Assembly (NCBI RefSeq): GCF_964355755.1
Contig: NC_092672.1
Location: forward strand, 14,570,001 to 14,634,000
Origin: Antedon mediterranea
Taxonomy: Eukaryota > Animalia > Echinodermata
Direction of reading: 5' to 3'
Length of the DNA: 64,000 nucleotides
Shown here piece after piece: positions 1 to 15,100 of the stretch (position 1 is the stretch's first letter; the number at the start of each line of letters is the position of its first letter). The position numbers and the translations under genes are program-made. The notes under the pieces were generated by a model. The model saw only the letters and a program-made list of their open reading frames with translations. It ran no database searches and was not told where the DNA came from.

Positions 1-127
1 GTGTTTGAATCCAACCCCAATCGTCCTGCTACCATGCAAACAGTAATTATCCTGGTTAATAACAAAACAATCATCAAATAAGCAATTAAATGTATTTTTT
101 TTAAATAAACTTATTTCTTACTTTTAG

Positions 128-3100
128 ATCCCTGAATTTGATAACCTTTACTTTGATATGAACGGTATTGTTCACACATGCTCACATCCAGATGATGGTA
201 ATGTGCACTTTAGAATCACAGAAGAAAAGATATTTGCTGATATATTTCATTATATTGAGGTACACAGTTTATGCTTTTATTTTTGTATTGGCCCATATGT
301 AAGCAATATCTATAATATTGTAGGAAAAATTCAGACAAATTATGGTTTATAATTTAGAAAAATACAAAGATAAATCTGTATTTTTATTCTTTAATTATTT
401 CAGGTACTGTTTCGATTGATCAAGCCTAGAAAGGTTTTTTATATGGCTATTGATGGATGTGCACCAAGAGCAAAAATGAATCAACAAAGAGGGCGACGTT
501 TTAGGTAACATTTCAACCTCATTCCATATTTAGTGCAAATATAATAATTTTTAATTTCAGTACAGTGTGTCACATGAGGTATTGAATTTACACTATGATA
601 TAATTGATACTATGTGACACTTTTTCACTGATCTTGAAGATACAGAACAAATAAAATTTTAACATTATGGAGAATTGGTGCATGCAACTCAGCTGCAAAA
701 TATATAATCTCTGGATTGTTTTTAAAATACTTTGTATACTGAACCATCCAAATATGTTGTTACATTTTTATGTGGCAATTTCAGAACTGCTAAGGCTGCC
801 GAAGAACAAGAAAAGCAAGCATTAGCAAAAGGAGAAAAGTTGCCAGATGAGAAGCGTTTTGATTCAAATTGCATCACACCGGGTACACCATTTATGGTGC
901 GCCTTCACAATCAGCTTCAGTACTTCATATCGCAAAAGGTCACCTCTGATCCACTTTGGCAGGGTATTAGGATATACTTATCTGGTCATGAGGTACAGTA
1001 TATTAATAATAAATCAAACAATATTCAGCGGTTATTGTGTGTTTGTCAAATGCATGCTGATGGAAGTTTTTTGTGTGAATGAAATTACTTAGCTTTTTGG
1101 GCTATCCAAGAAAATCTTTTATAAATGTATTTATTTTTAATGTCAGTAATTTACGTTAGGAATGTGTCTGACGTGTATGTTTTATTTGTTTGAACTTGTA
1201 AGATAATAACATGTGGCAAATTAGTTTTTTTAGTCTGCACCTGGCCAACATATTCAACACAATGCATACATTTTCAGATGTTTTTTTTGTATAAATGTAA
1301 TAATAAAAGCACCTTTACTTTACTCTTCACTAATTGTTTCCATTTCGACTTTTACTTTACTTTGCTCTTCACTAATTGTTTCCATTTAGACCCCAGGAGA
1401 AGGTGAACACAAGATAATGGATTTCATTCGTTGTGAGAAAAGTGAAAGTAACTATGATCCTAACACAAGGCATTGTTTATATGGCTTAGATGCAGATCTG
1501 GTGAGTACTACCTGTGTTGTCAGGCTAACCTACAAAAAAGACTTGTTTCCTATAGATTGTTTTTTTGTGCTAGCTTGCTCTCTTTGTACACAGTTTGCCC
1601 ACCACCACCACCCCTATTTCAACAGGTTATTAAATTGTCCTTTAAACAATCACAAACTGGTCTCTAGTACCCTCTAAAAACAAACTTGGATCCATCCTGT
1701 CTTAGTAATATATGGTATAATTAAAGCTAAATTGAAATCTAGATCTTACTGCACCCGTCTGTCCGTGCTTGCCTGTCTGTCCGTGCTTGATTGTAAGATG
1801 ATATTATATGTCTCGTATATAAATATATAAAATTTGTAAACGAAATGATTATGAAAGAGTTTTAATTTTGTTTATATGACCATGTTAGTGAACAAACTTT
1901 GTATTAATACCTGACTGTCTGTGCTCAATTGTATGATAATATTATAGGTCTGGGAAAAATATAATAGAATAAAACTAATTATTTAGGTTTGGTTTATTTT
2001 GCAACAGGAAAGTATGTTAAACGCATGAATCATGTGAGTGAATGTGCATTGGATGTTTAGGCAGTAGGCATTTCTTATTTTGTAAACGCATAAACGTAGA
2101 GCTAGGGATATTTTGATTGCATGCGAGTGCCCACTGGACCATTGAACTGGTAATCTATGGTTATTTTTCTCTTCTTCGTAGATGATACTTGGACTGATCA
2201 CTCATGAGCCTCATTTTTCCTTGTTACGTGAGGAAGTAAGATTTGGTAAGCAAGCCGAGAAAAAGCGACCAACATCTGCAGAGGAGACAACTTTTCACCT
2301 TTTACACCTATCTCTACTGAGAGAGTACTTGGATGCTGAGTTTAGTGACCTAAAGGTATTTAATACATAATAAAAATAAAATCTGACTATTATGATATAA
2401 ATGCATGGTTGCTACCAAGAAATTAATTGTTATACTATAGTTTGTTTTTCATACAAATTGTTCTTTGTGCCATTAATACTAATAATACTGTACATATATG
2501 TATATACATATAAATTTAATCTAAATATGACAACTTGTCAAATATATTAATAGGTCAATTCGTGCATCATGTAATTCATTTTGTACAGACGAACATTGGG
2601 ATTTGCTTGATTTAGGACAACAACGATAAAATACTGTAAATCCCAAAATTATCACGGCCTTAAATGTTTTTGCGATTTTACATTTTTAACTATTTCGTGA
2701 GCTTTTTTTTCGCGATTTGAGTTTCTGTCGAGTGAGTGTAATTTGGCAAATATATTTTACCTTTTTTAACGTCAAACAACAATTGAATAGCGTCAGTAAA
2801 ATTACAGAATATGTGATTGTAAATTTAGGGATGTAAATAAATAAATGTTTTGACTACACAGTGGGTGAGGCACAAGTTTATTCTCTTAGATAGTGAACAC
2901 CCCCATAATTAATGTACTCTACCATAATTAATGTACAGTTGGTATTTCACTGTGTCTGTTTGATCTGATTTAGAAGCATATCTTTTTATATTATTTTGAA
3001 CAATTTAACTTAACGAATTTCCCGCAATATATATTATTTCCTCCATTTACTAACATTTGCTGCCAAACAATGTTATGATACAGATTGATGTGAAGCGCCG

Positions 3101-6100
3101 CTGATTATAATTAAATGTTGTATAAATGTGCGCTATACAAGTAATAATAATAATAATAATGGTCAAATGCATAATTTAATATTCTATAGATTAATGCAAT
3201 TTTTAATTTCTGTAGGTTACACAAACAATATGCATATTTTATGAATATTACCTAACTACTTAAAATTACGGTCGTAAGAAAGTTAACTTTTCGTACTGTA
3301 GTCCAATTGTTAAAACTAATTGTTCAGCAATATCTTGTTTTTGTCAATCAATCCTCGACATCCAGACATGTCAATAGAACAATCAAACTGCACATACAAT
3401 TTCTACATAGGTACATTTTGTTTTGCAGAGTTCTATAGAGGGCAGCGATTAGAGAGGTGTTTGATTGGCAGTAGTGCTTTAGTATAGGCGAGCGCATTGG
3501 AAAATCGGTTGATGTCACTATCGATACGTATCCATCTATTCATTAATCCATCGTATAACTAATATGTGTATGTACGTATGTTTCAATGAGATATTAATTT
3601 TGCATGTTGTCTATTTCTAGAAATTTGAGTGGTATGACCTAGAACGTGTCATTGATGACTGGGTGTTTATGGGCTTTCTTGTGGGCAATGACTTCATTCC
3701 ACATCTACCTGATTTGCATATTAATCATGATGCTTTACCCATGCTTTACCGTGCATACATTGAAGTGGCATCCTCTTTAAAAGGTATGAATATATGCCTT
3801 TATATGTTTCAACTTTGCAGTATTTGAATGGTTAATGTACAGATATTGCCTTTTTTCTTTACATTACACATAAAATATAATTCTGATAGATAGAAAAATG
3901 TAGAGCACTTTCAATTTCCGACCACTAAAAACTAAACTATGTCATGATTCATTGTGCGCTGCATGCAAGGATATAGAAAACTAAACTATGTCATAATTCA
4001 TTGTGTGCTGCATGCAAGGATATAGACAACTAAACTATGTCATGATTCATTGTGTGCTGCATGCAAGGATATAGACAACTAAACTATGTCATGAGCCATT
4101 GTGTGCTGCATGCAAGGATATAGAAAACTAAACTATGTCATGATTCATTGTGTGCTGCATGCAAGGATATAGAAAACTAAACTATGTCATGATTCATTGT
4201 GTGCTGCATGCAAGGATATAGACAACTAAACTATGTCATGATTCATTGTGTGCTGCATGCAAGGATATAGAAAACTAAACTATGTCATGATTCATTGTGT
4301 GCTGCATGCAAGGATATAGAAAACTAAAATATGTCATGATTCATTGTGTGCTGCATGCAAGGATATAGACAACTAAACTATGTCATGATTCATTGTGTGC
4401 TGCATGCAAGGATATAGAAAACTAAACTATGTCATGATTCATTGTGTGCTGCATGCAAGGATATAGAAAACTAAACTATGTCTTGATTCATTGTGTGCTG
4501 CATGCAAGGATATAGACAACTAAACTATGTCATGATTCATTGTGCGCTGCATGCAAGGATATAGACAACTAAACTATGTCATGATTCATTGTGTGCTGCA
4601 TGCAAGGATATAGACAACTAAACTATGTCATGATTCATTGTGTGCTGCATGCAAGGATATAGAAAACTAAACTATGTCATGATTCATTGTGTGCTGCATG
4701 CAAGGATATAGAAAACTAAACTATGTCATGATTCATTGTGTGCTGCATGCAAGGATATAGACAACTAAACTATGTCATGATTCATTGTGTGCTGCATGCA
4801 AGGATATAGACAACTAAACTATGTCATGATTCATTGTGCGCTGCATGCAAGGATATAGACAACTAAACTATGTCATGATTCATTGTGCGCTGCATGCAAG
4901 GATATAGACAACTAAACTATGTCATGATTCATTGTGAGCTGCATGCAAGGATATAGACAACTAAACTATGTCATGATTCATTGTGTGCTGCATGCAAGGA
5001 TATAGACAACTAAACTATGTCATGATTCATTGTGTGCTGCATGCAAGGATATAGACAACTAAACTATGTCATGATTCATTGTGTGCTGCATGCAAGGATA
5101 TAGAAAACTAAACTATGTCATGATTCATTGTGTGCTGCATGCAAGGATATAGACAACTAAACTATGTCATGATTCAGTGTGTGCTGCATGCAAGGATATA
5201 GACAACTAAACTATGTCATGATTCATTGTGTGCTGCATGCAAGGATATAGACAACTAATCTATGTCATGATTCATTGTGTGCTGCATGCAAGGATATAGA
5301 CAACTAAACTATGTCATGATTCATTGTGTGCTGCATGCAAGGATATAGAAAACTAAACTATGTCATGATTCATTGTGTGCTGCATGCAAGGATATAGACA
5401 ACTAATCTATGTCATGATTCATTGTGTGCTGCATGCAAGGATATAGACAACTAAACTATGTCATGATTCATTGTGTGCTGCATGCAAGGATATAGACAAC
5501 TAAACTATGTCATGATTCATTGTGTGCTGCATGCAAGGATATAGACAACTAATCTATGTCATGATTCATTGTGTGCTGCATGCAAGGATATAGACAACTA
5601 AACTATGTCATGATTCATTGTGTGCTGCATGCAAGGATATAGACAACTAAACTATGTCATGATTCATTGTGTGCTGCATGCAAGGATATAGACAACTAAA
5701 CTATGTCATGATTCATTGTGTGCTGCATGCAAGGATATAGACAACTAAACTATGTAATGATTCATTGTGTGCTGCATGCAAGGATATAGACAACTAAACT
5801 ATGTCATGATTCATTGTGTGCTGCATGCAAGGATATAGACAACTAAACTATGTCATGATTCATTGTGTGCTGCATGCAAGGATATATTGATGCATTTCGT
5901 CGTCCCCACCTCCACACAGTTTTGATGGCATCCACTGTAATCCAAAGCATGATTCATTGTGTGCTGCATGCAAGGATATAGGGATCATGTATTTGCTCGC
6001 TCTACACAGTTTTGATGGCATCCACTGTAATCCAAAGCATGATTCATTGTGTGCTGCATGCAAGGATATAGGGATCATGCATTTGCTCGCTCCCCACCTC

Positions 6101-9100
6101 CACACAGTTTTGATGGCATCCACTGTAATCCAAAGCATGATTCATTGTGTGCTGCATGCAAGGATATAGGGATGCATTTGCTCGCTCCCCACTTCCACAC
6201 AGTTTTGATGGCATCCACTGTAATCCAAAGCATGATTCATTGTGTGCTGCATGCAAGGATATAGGGATGCATTTGCTCGCTCCCCACTTCCACACAGTTT
6301 TGATGGCATCCACTGTAATCCAAAGCATGATTCATTGTGTGCTGCATGCAACGATATAGGGATGCATTTGCTCGCTCCCCACCTCCACACAGTTTTGATG
6401 GCATCCACTGTAATCCAAAGCTCCCTATATTCACTTACTGAAATTTAAGCCTACTAGAGCATTAACGGATGAATGCATTCAAAGTAGTTTACATTACTAA
6501 TTCTTTATGATGATTTGTTTTCTTTAACAAAAAAGAAAAAAGTCCTTTTTTCCCAATTCAGGTTGCCATATGGAAAAAATATGAATTGAATGGTTTTTTA
6601 ATAATGTCCTGCTGTAAGATAATTGTCTACTACTTACAATACAATGAATCTAAAAATCACCTGTTTTTGCTTCGTACATGAAAAGATTTGTGTCGCTATC
6701 CTCTGTGATTTTCTGAAACTAGGAAATTGTTTATTTTGCAGTCATTTTTTGTATCATTGTTTTGAAGTAAAAACTGATATTTTTCGTGTTTTCTTTTTTT
6801 ACAAGGATTTATTAATAATGGTGGAGAATTGAATTTGGATAGACTTGAAATCTATTTAAAACATCTCTCAAAGGTAAGTAAGCATTTTCTTTTATTTGAT
6901 TTTCTTTAAATAGTAACTTAGCTCGGTAATACAGTATATATACTCCCACCAGTCACAAGTGTATTGCTAAACTGCTCAAACCTTGCAGTGTCTTGCGCAA
7001 ACCCCTAATAGGCTTTGCCTAGCCTCTATCCCAGAATTCTGATTATCATCATCCAGATCATGATGATTTTATGATCAATGTATATCTAACAAGTAGTTTA
7101 TTAGGTTAGAGGGACAGAAAATTGGCCTCAAATTGTCCCATAAATAAATTTGCAAAAGATGGCGCCACATTCAGTTCTTTGTGTTGCCCTTTTATATTAT
7201 TATATATATAAATCCAAAGGCAAATTACTGACAAAATGACAATGCTGTGGGTATCAGTGGCTGGATCTCAATTCAAATCAAAATTTATTTCTTCCACAAT
7301 AAAAAGAACAAATATCCAATATAAACGCCAGTTGAAAAACGGAAATTCTATTAATGAAATGGAAAAAAAAGCCAAAAGCTAAATCAAAACGATATAGTAA
7401 AACACCCAGAAAAGTTTGCAGAGCTTTCGGGCAACACTAGACCTTCATCAGTGCTTCATATATTGGTTATTACTCGCATCTGAAATTAGAAAAACTATTT
7501 TTTTTTTTAACATTCTCATATAATTATATGCCCAAATTTGATTTTTGTTTTTGTCATTATTCTAAACCTATAAGTTAGATCTATGATATAACCTTGAGAT
7601 CGAGCTAAAATATTTTAGTAAACCGATAAAGCATTATAGGGTATTATTTTTATCACAGTATCTTCCTTATGCTTTAATATTTATATTACAGTTCGACACC
7701 GAAAACTTTGAGAAAGTATATGTGGACTACAGCTTTTTAGAAAGTAAAAAAGGCAGTGAAGAGGCATGGAAAAGTAAACGAGTAGAAGAGAAGAAAGTGT
7801 TACGACAGGTAATTGTGCTAAATCAATGGTTTATTTATTATTAGTTAATTGATATAGATTGGCAGATAGATAGATTAGAAATAAAGAAGATGAATGTAGA
7901 TGTAATAAGATAAAACGAGAACATTATTGGATATTATCTTGACCCTGGACAGAATATAGACTAATAAACAAACCAAAAACCAATTAAAAATGAAATTAAA
8001 CTAAACATGCTTTAATTTATAGGTCCATGTGGTTAGCCTTTTCCATGTGGTTAGCCTTTTCCATGTGGTTAGCCTTTTCCATGTGGTTAGCCTTTTCCTT
8101 GTGGATTGGGATACTGTTATAACAATAATAGACATTTCCTGAGTGTAACAAAAGCAACATAAACAGTTGTATGGAAGGAAATCACTGCCAAAAATACAAT
8201 TACAAACTTACAATGTATTGAAAGAAATATACAACGTACACGCAGAAAAGGACAACAAAAAGACATGTACCATATATATATATATATATGGACTTTTTTC
8301 AGAGAAATAATATTAATTTGTCAAAACCAAATTGTGTACTCACGGTTAATATCAACCGTGAGTACACAACTTGCTGTGAGTACACAATTTGGTTTTAACA
8401 AATTAATATTATTTCTCTGGATTTCAAACGAACCTGATGAATCCCTTCTCTGATATATATTTTCACCTGATTATTTCTGATATTGTATCGGTAAATAGAC
8501 TGAATGAGAGTATTTTTATAATATTTTTTAGTATTATTTTATTTTTAGAAACCTAATGGTAATGCATTTGAATTGATATCTGTGGAAGGAAATGAGGAGA
8601 ACAAAGAACAAATTGACTTTTTTGGCAAAGTGATTCCTAAACCAGAGGTTGTAAATGGTATGAACACTGATTTTACATGTGCATGTCAAACTTTAAACAA
8701 TAATTTAATGCGATTATAATCTATATACGGTAATCTTTTTTCATTCCGTTGAAAGTGAACTGTTATGTGAATTTAAAATTACCTATTCAAAGATTTGTTT
8801 TTAAATGGAATGTTATTATAAAAAAACAGCAACCAACCATGATTATCATTGTAATGTCATTCTCTGCCAGTTTAATTTTTAACAAATATTGAAAATGTAA
8901 CCCATCTAGTAATTAATAGAGTTATTGTACAATCTTAGTATTTATATCTAGTTTCTGTTTTAGAGGTATGTATATAACTAGCCTAATTCACACAAATAAA
9001 TACTCCTTCGTTCAAGATTAACTTAAATTTGAATAAAATTTAGATTCAACTGCGGTTTATGAAGAACTAACATCAGAGCAAGCATTTGAAAAAGAGTTTT

Positions 9101-12100
9101 TGTTACATAAGCAAGATTATTACAAAACAAAGTTTGAAATGGAAACGGTTAACCAGTAAGCATTCATTTTCTTGTATGGATACCCGCAAGTTTACAATTC
9201 AATTCAGCATAATTTCTAATCTTTGAACATTTGTTTCACATGTTTCATTATTAGTAAAGAATTAATTAAAACAATTTACATTTCTTTTAAAGAATGCTAT
9301 TGTTGATTAATAGCTACAATAGATAATAATTCACTCTTTATTAATTCATTCATTCAATCTTTTATTTTGGAAAATATTTTTAAAAGAAAGTAAAATTACA
9401 TATAAATGAATTAAAAATAAACAAGACTGTACTAATTACTACTACTCATCTCAGGATGACATTCCGTCCTGATGATTTATTTATTCCTATAAACATAAAA
9501 TGAGGTAGTAAGAATGTAGTCATTATAAATACACACACACCCTGGTATAATAATGGTGAATGTGTCTGATATCTTTAGGAAGATCCATGGAATAGTTGTG
9601 TAATTCAAACTAACCATTTGGTGTCAACATTTTTTAAAATGTCAAAGTATTGACATATTAAAATGTGTCATTTTTAGATTTAGGTTAAGCTATGTAATCC
9701 TACCTACCCTATTTAATAAAAATGAAAAAAAAGAATATATATTGAGTGAGAAATTATTAGTATAGAATTTCTTATTAAATTAGCAAAAGCAAAAGTATCA
9801 TAATTAATCCAGCAGTAAATATAATATCATAATATCATAACTTGTGCTCTGTTAAACCTACATAAATATCGTTATTATTCATATAGGTCTAAGTATTTGT
9901 ATTTTTCATTAATTTTTTTCATACATTTTTAATATTATATAAGATTTCCTTATTGTTTCAGAGATGAACTGGATAAGCTTGTGAAAGACTATATAGAAGC
10001 CTTGCAATGGATCCTGTATTACTATTTTAATGGTGTACAATCTTGGGGCTGGTTTGTTAATTTCTGTTTATTTTTTTTTTTAACTGAAACATAAACAAGT
10101 TGTGTATTTGCGCAAGAACTATAGACAAAAAGAGTAACTAGATTTAATTTGTCACTATGACGAATTATAGGTTATGTGCATTGATTCAAATAAAGAATTT
10201 TAGATATATTGATTGATTTGATTTTGTCAGATCTTTAATTATTTATAATATATTATAGATAGGATCTTGGTAATGCAAATACAATAGCCGGTATCACTGC
10301 ACATCGAGCCATTATACACTTGAATAAAACAATCAGATCAAAGATCCATCTGCGTATATAATGTCATAAACCCTTGTTACATAATAATAAAGACATAAGT
10401 TCCTTTTTTTTTTCATTATAAATCATGCTCATAAAATATAAACTAAGAAATAAAATTGAACAAATAATACGGATATAACAAAAAAAATCTTATTTCGTCT
10501 CGTTTCCCAAAGTGAGACTCGATCTTCGTACTTCGAATGCTATAGATGCGATCACAGACCACCGAGCCATATACACACCTGAATAAAGTTTTCTGTGCTA
10601 TAAAACAGATTTGAATGGAAAGAATATTTAATTCATTGAAAGATTGGAAGTCAATAGTTTCACCATTCAAATCATATAAAAAGTCATTGTTTGTATAATA
10701 TTGCAACATTAATAAGCACGTAAATGCTAATGTACACCTTTTTTACATTAAGGTATTATCCACATCACTATGCACCTTACATGTCAGATTTGAAGAATTT
10801 CAAACATTTGATGTTTACTTTTGAGAAGGGTCGGCCATTTTTACCATTTCAACAGTTACTTGGTGTGTTGCCAGCAGCAAGCAAAGAACTCCTCCCAGAA
10901 TGTTTTCAGGTAGATCATCATTTAAGTGATATGAATGTTTTAATAAATTCCATAGGATTACATTTAGAAATTAAAATATAAACTGTTATTATGCTTTTCT
11001 TAACTGCATGCAAAGTTTACGACAGTTAACCACCCAGTATATACTCTTGTCCTCATCCACTTCACACATAGCTTTATTACTAGTACTTTCAACTTTAATA
11101 TATGAACATTGTAAAGAAGAAGGTTAATGTCATTTGATTGTCAAAATTAAACATTTTTTTTATTTTTTTATTTAATATGTAATGAATGATGATTTAATCA
11201 ACTTTTTTTCTCCTAATTTCATAATAAATGAGGTTTTTTTATTTTTATTTCAGAAACTGATGATTATGGATAACTCACCGATAATAGATTATTATCCAGT
11301 AGATTTCAAGACAGACCTTAATGGCAAACAACAGGACTGGGAGGCTGTAGTCTTAATTCCTTTCATTGATGAGGTATTTACAAACTTACCATTTATGCAT
11401 CACTATTATACACATTCTTACAGTGGGTTAATAATATCTAATAAAACATATACAGTATATACATATCATTATAAAGCATTACACATTAAACAAAAGCATT
11501 GCAGATTATTTGTATACCAGAAATATATGCACAAAATTGAACTATGGAAAAACAATCAAGGCAATCTTGCTGCAATTTCAAAGAATCTTAACTTTTAAAG
11601 AAAACATGTGTTAATAAACATTCTAAAAGTGCCATATTTGCTTTTGAAGGGCAGCATTTTTAAAATGTATAAATAAAAAGTGAAGTGTCAAGATTATGAA
11701 TAGCGTGTTTGATGTTAGTTATGTGATTTAATATAAACATTGTTGTTAAACCTATGAAACACATGTGACGCTAAAGTTTGTTCTTACCTCAGTGGCGGAT
11801 TCTTTTTAGCTTCATTACATTGGTCTAGCTGGGTGGTTGGACAATTTTAGGCCACTAAATAAATGTTGCGCTGACCCTCCTGCTGCCCACCATTCTCACA
11901 GCTTTCAAAACACAACACTAAGTTTTAGGACTATAAGAATTATGATGATTGATGTCTATAACAATTTATTTTGTTCTATTTATTTCAGAAACGTTTGTTA
12001 TCAGCAATGGATACTGTAGCTAATCAGATGACATGTGAGGAAAGGTCCCGTAACAAACATGGTCCACATCTTCTGTTTACATATAATGCTGACCTGAAGT

Positions 12101-15100
12101 TTGAATACCAGTCACTCTTACCTGCCTTTCCCAACATCAATCCATGCAGTGCCAGGTAGTATTTTCATGTCTTACAGTAATTATATACATTAAAGATATA
12201 GTTTCATATAGAACAGAATATTTTGTTCAACTGCAAAAAATTCAATCATGTGAAAAACCATAAATGGTTTGATGGTCTGGCTCGGGCTTTCAGCTAAAAA
12301 TTAAGTTGACTAAATTAAATTGTGATAATGGTTGAATTTTACATACAACATAAAATTCATTATTCTTTACTCCATTTGAAAAATATGATAACTATGATTA
12401 CATTTTGTAGAGGAAAGAATGGTAATTTTTTTTTGTAAATCTGAATGTGTAATAGAAAAAGGAATTAGTCGTGTGTGCACTGCACCTTTGTTGCAATAGC
12501 TTAAAGGACAACTTGACCGAGAACCATATACCTATACGTATTAGGGATGTACAAATGATTTCAGACTAACAGTCGCAAGTAAAAAATATAAATGTTGAAT
12601 TTTTGTATTGTATCTTTTGCTTATCTGGATATTGAAGTGGTTCCTAAAAACACCAGACTAAACATTTTGTCATATTTAAGCCTAATACAGGTCAAATTAG
12701 CAATTGACGATACCTATCTCTTATGTTAACAACAGTGAAAACTCATGAAAAACAAATTTTTAAAATTTAAACAGGCATGGATTCAGAGTGGGCTTGTGCC
12801 GATCAAAGCACAGTATTAAAGTAATTAACTTAGTTAAATTAAGTCTTTTTGTTTTAGATGTACCAAAATACCAATGGATAAATTTGAAATTCCTGTAGAA
12901 CAAATTAGAAAAGTCTTGTGTCCTGAAGTACGTGTTGGTGTCTACTTCCCTGGCTTTCCTACTCTACATCATCTTGAATACACTGTAAGTTTTAAGGAAA
13001 TATTGTTTGCAGTATCTTTTTCAAATTTCAATATTTTTTTTCCTTTTTTAAGTTCAAAGGTCTGAAGTTCAAGATATGGGTTAAGGACATTTGTCATGTT
13101 TTTTATATGAAAGAAGATACAATGATTTATTTCCAGTTATCATAGTCATGTTGCTTTGTATTTTTCCATAAATAGACTAAACTTAAGAATGAGGAGGTAA
13201 AAGTGTTCCAGCAAATTAGTCGTGGAGAAAATGTGATATTGACCATTCAAAACAGGCAAACTGACCAGGTAATTACATTGTATGTTAAACAATGGTGTAA
13301 TATAAAACATGACATTGTATGTTAAACAATGGTGTAATATAAAACATGACTTTGTATGTTAAACAATGGTGTAATATAAAACATGACATTGTATGTTAAA
13401 CAATGGTGTAATAACTAATATAAAACATGACTTTGTATGTTAAACAATGGTGTAATATAAAACATGACTTTGTATGTTAAACAATGGTGTAATATAAAAC
13501 ATGACATTGAGGAGAACAAATGTTTCATGTGAACTCAAACTAATTTTTTTTTGGAATACATTTTGAATTGAATTTTGAAGAATAGTTAAGATTTTAGGAT
13601 TTTTAAAAGAAAATTGGGTTTAGCATAGAACCTGTTTTTTTATGTATTGGAACTTTTATTGAATAATGCATAGCATATTTTAGTTCATTTATTGATAAAC
13701 ATGAAATGTTGTTTTCTTCAGGATCTTGCCCAGCTAGCAAAGGATTATTTGGGTATGCATGTGTTTGCAGAATGGCCTCATCTTAAAGAGGTCAAAGTCG
13801 TGGAAATATCTGATGAAACATTCCGGTTAGTTTTGTTGAATATTAACTTTTATGTTAATTTTTTCTAAATTCTTTTTTTGTAAATATATATATATATATA
13901 TAAATCATGTATTTTTTGTTTGTGTTAGATATAAACTAATTGAAGAACGAGGCACACCTGTAGGAGTAGAGAAACAGAGAATGTCTGACGATGATGCGTC
14001 AGTGTGGCATAACCAAATTAGAGGCATCAAGGAAAGGTACATGTATATTGGGTTCTTTGAGGTTTTCTGAACAATAGGTATGTGTTGTAAAACAAACTAG
14101 ATTTGAACTCGTCACTTTGACAAGTTCGGGTTATCCGAGGAAATGCAACATGCACATACGCTGGAATATATGAATGTCAACAATTATTATACCATCCTAT
14201 GACATGAATTAAATATGTTTACAGTACTGAATTGTACCTGTTTTGTATCATACAGCATATTACAGCATTTATAGACAGTGTAGCATAGATGAAATTACGA
14301 GACCCATCTTTTAAACCAGTTTTTAACACAATGACGTCATAAAAGTGACATAAAGATAACAATTTTACTAAAAATTTACTGTTTCAAAAACCACTTATAA
14401 TTTTAACCAATTAAATTTTAATTTCTAAGGTATTTACGACGCAAGGGTGTTGATATTGGTACAACATATGTCCTGGTACATGCCAAGCCCTTGATGGGAA
14501 GAAGGTAAGATAAGAAGCAAGAACTCAAAAGTTCTATCAAATTGTGGTCTACTAGTACAAATTGGAAAGTTTTAAAACATCTAATTCACAAACTCGTTTT
14601 CATTTCGGTTCATGTGTCAATATCTAGGGATGGAAATGTATAGTTACCTGGCATACCTGTACTGTTATCCCTTTACAAGAGCCAAGTTACTTGCTAGTGA
14701 TAGGTACACACTTTTTTGGTGGTGTCCTTTTGTACAAATTATTTATTAAACATACTATAACTTTATATTTAGAATTTTGCCCACCACTGTCAATATCTCT
14801 GCGTAGTTCGTTTGGATGTTTACAACTCCAATGCCTAGAATGAAGCCTATACTAATAGTATCGCACCGCTCATTCAATAAAAATTACAAAGGTTCACAAT
14901 TAACAATTTGTTAAATTTACGAATATCTCTTCGGGTATGTTCACTACATTTGTGTATATTTTCTATTCTACCCTTTGGATTTTTAAAGTTATATTTAGAT
15001 GGACTAAATTGTATTCATTAGTGACTACATTTGGAAAGTTACAGTAAGATTTCTGTATGCTTAATTTGCTCTAAAATGCCATAGCTTCCCCCGACTAGGT

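Noticed and set aside
3928-6420. CRISPR-like array
   Set aside because: Intervening sequences are identical rather than unique spacers, there are no cas genes, and the context is a eukaryotic intron.
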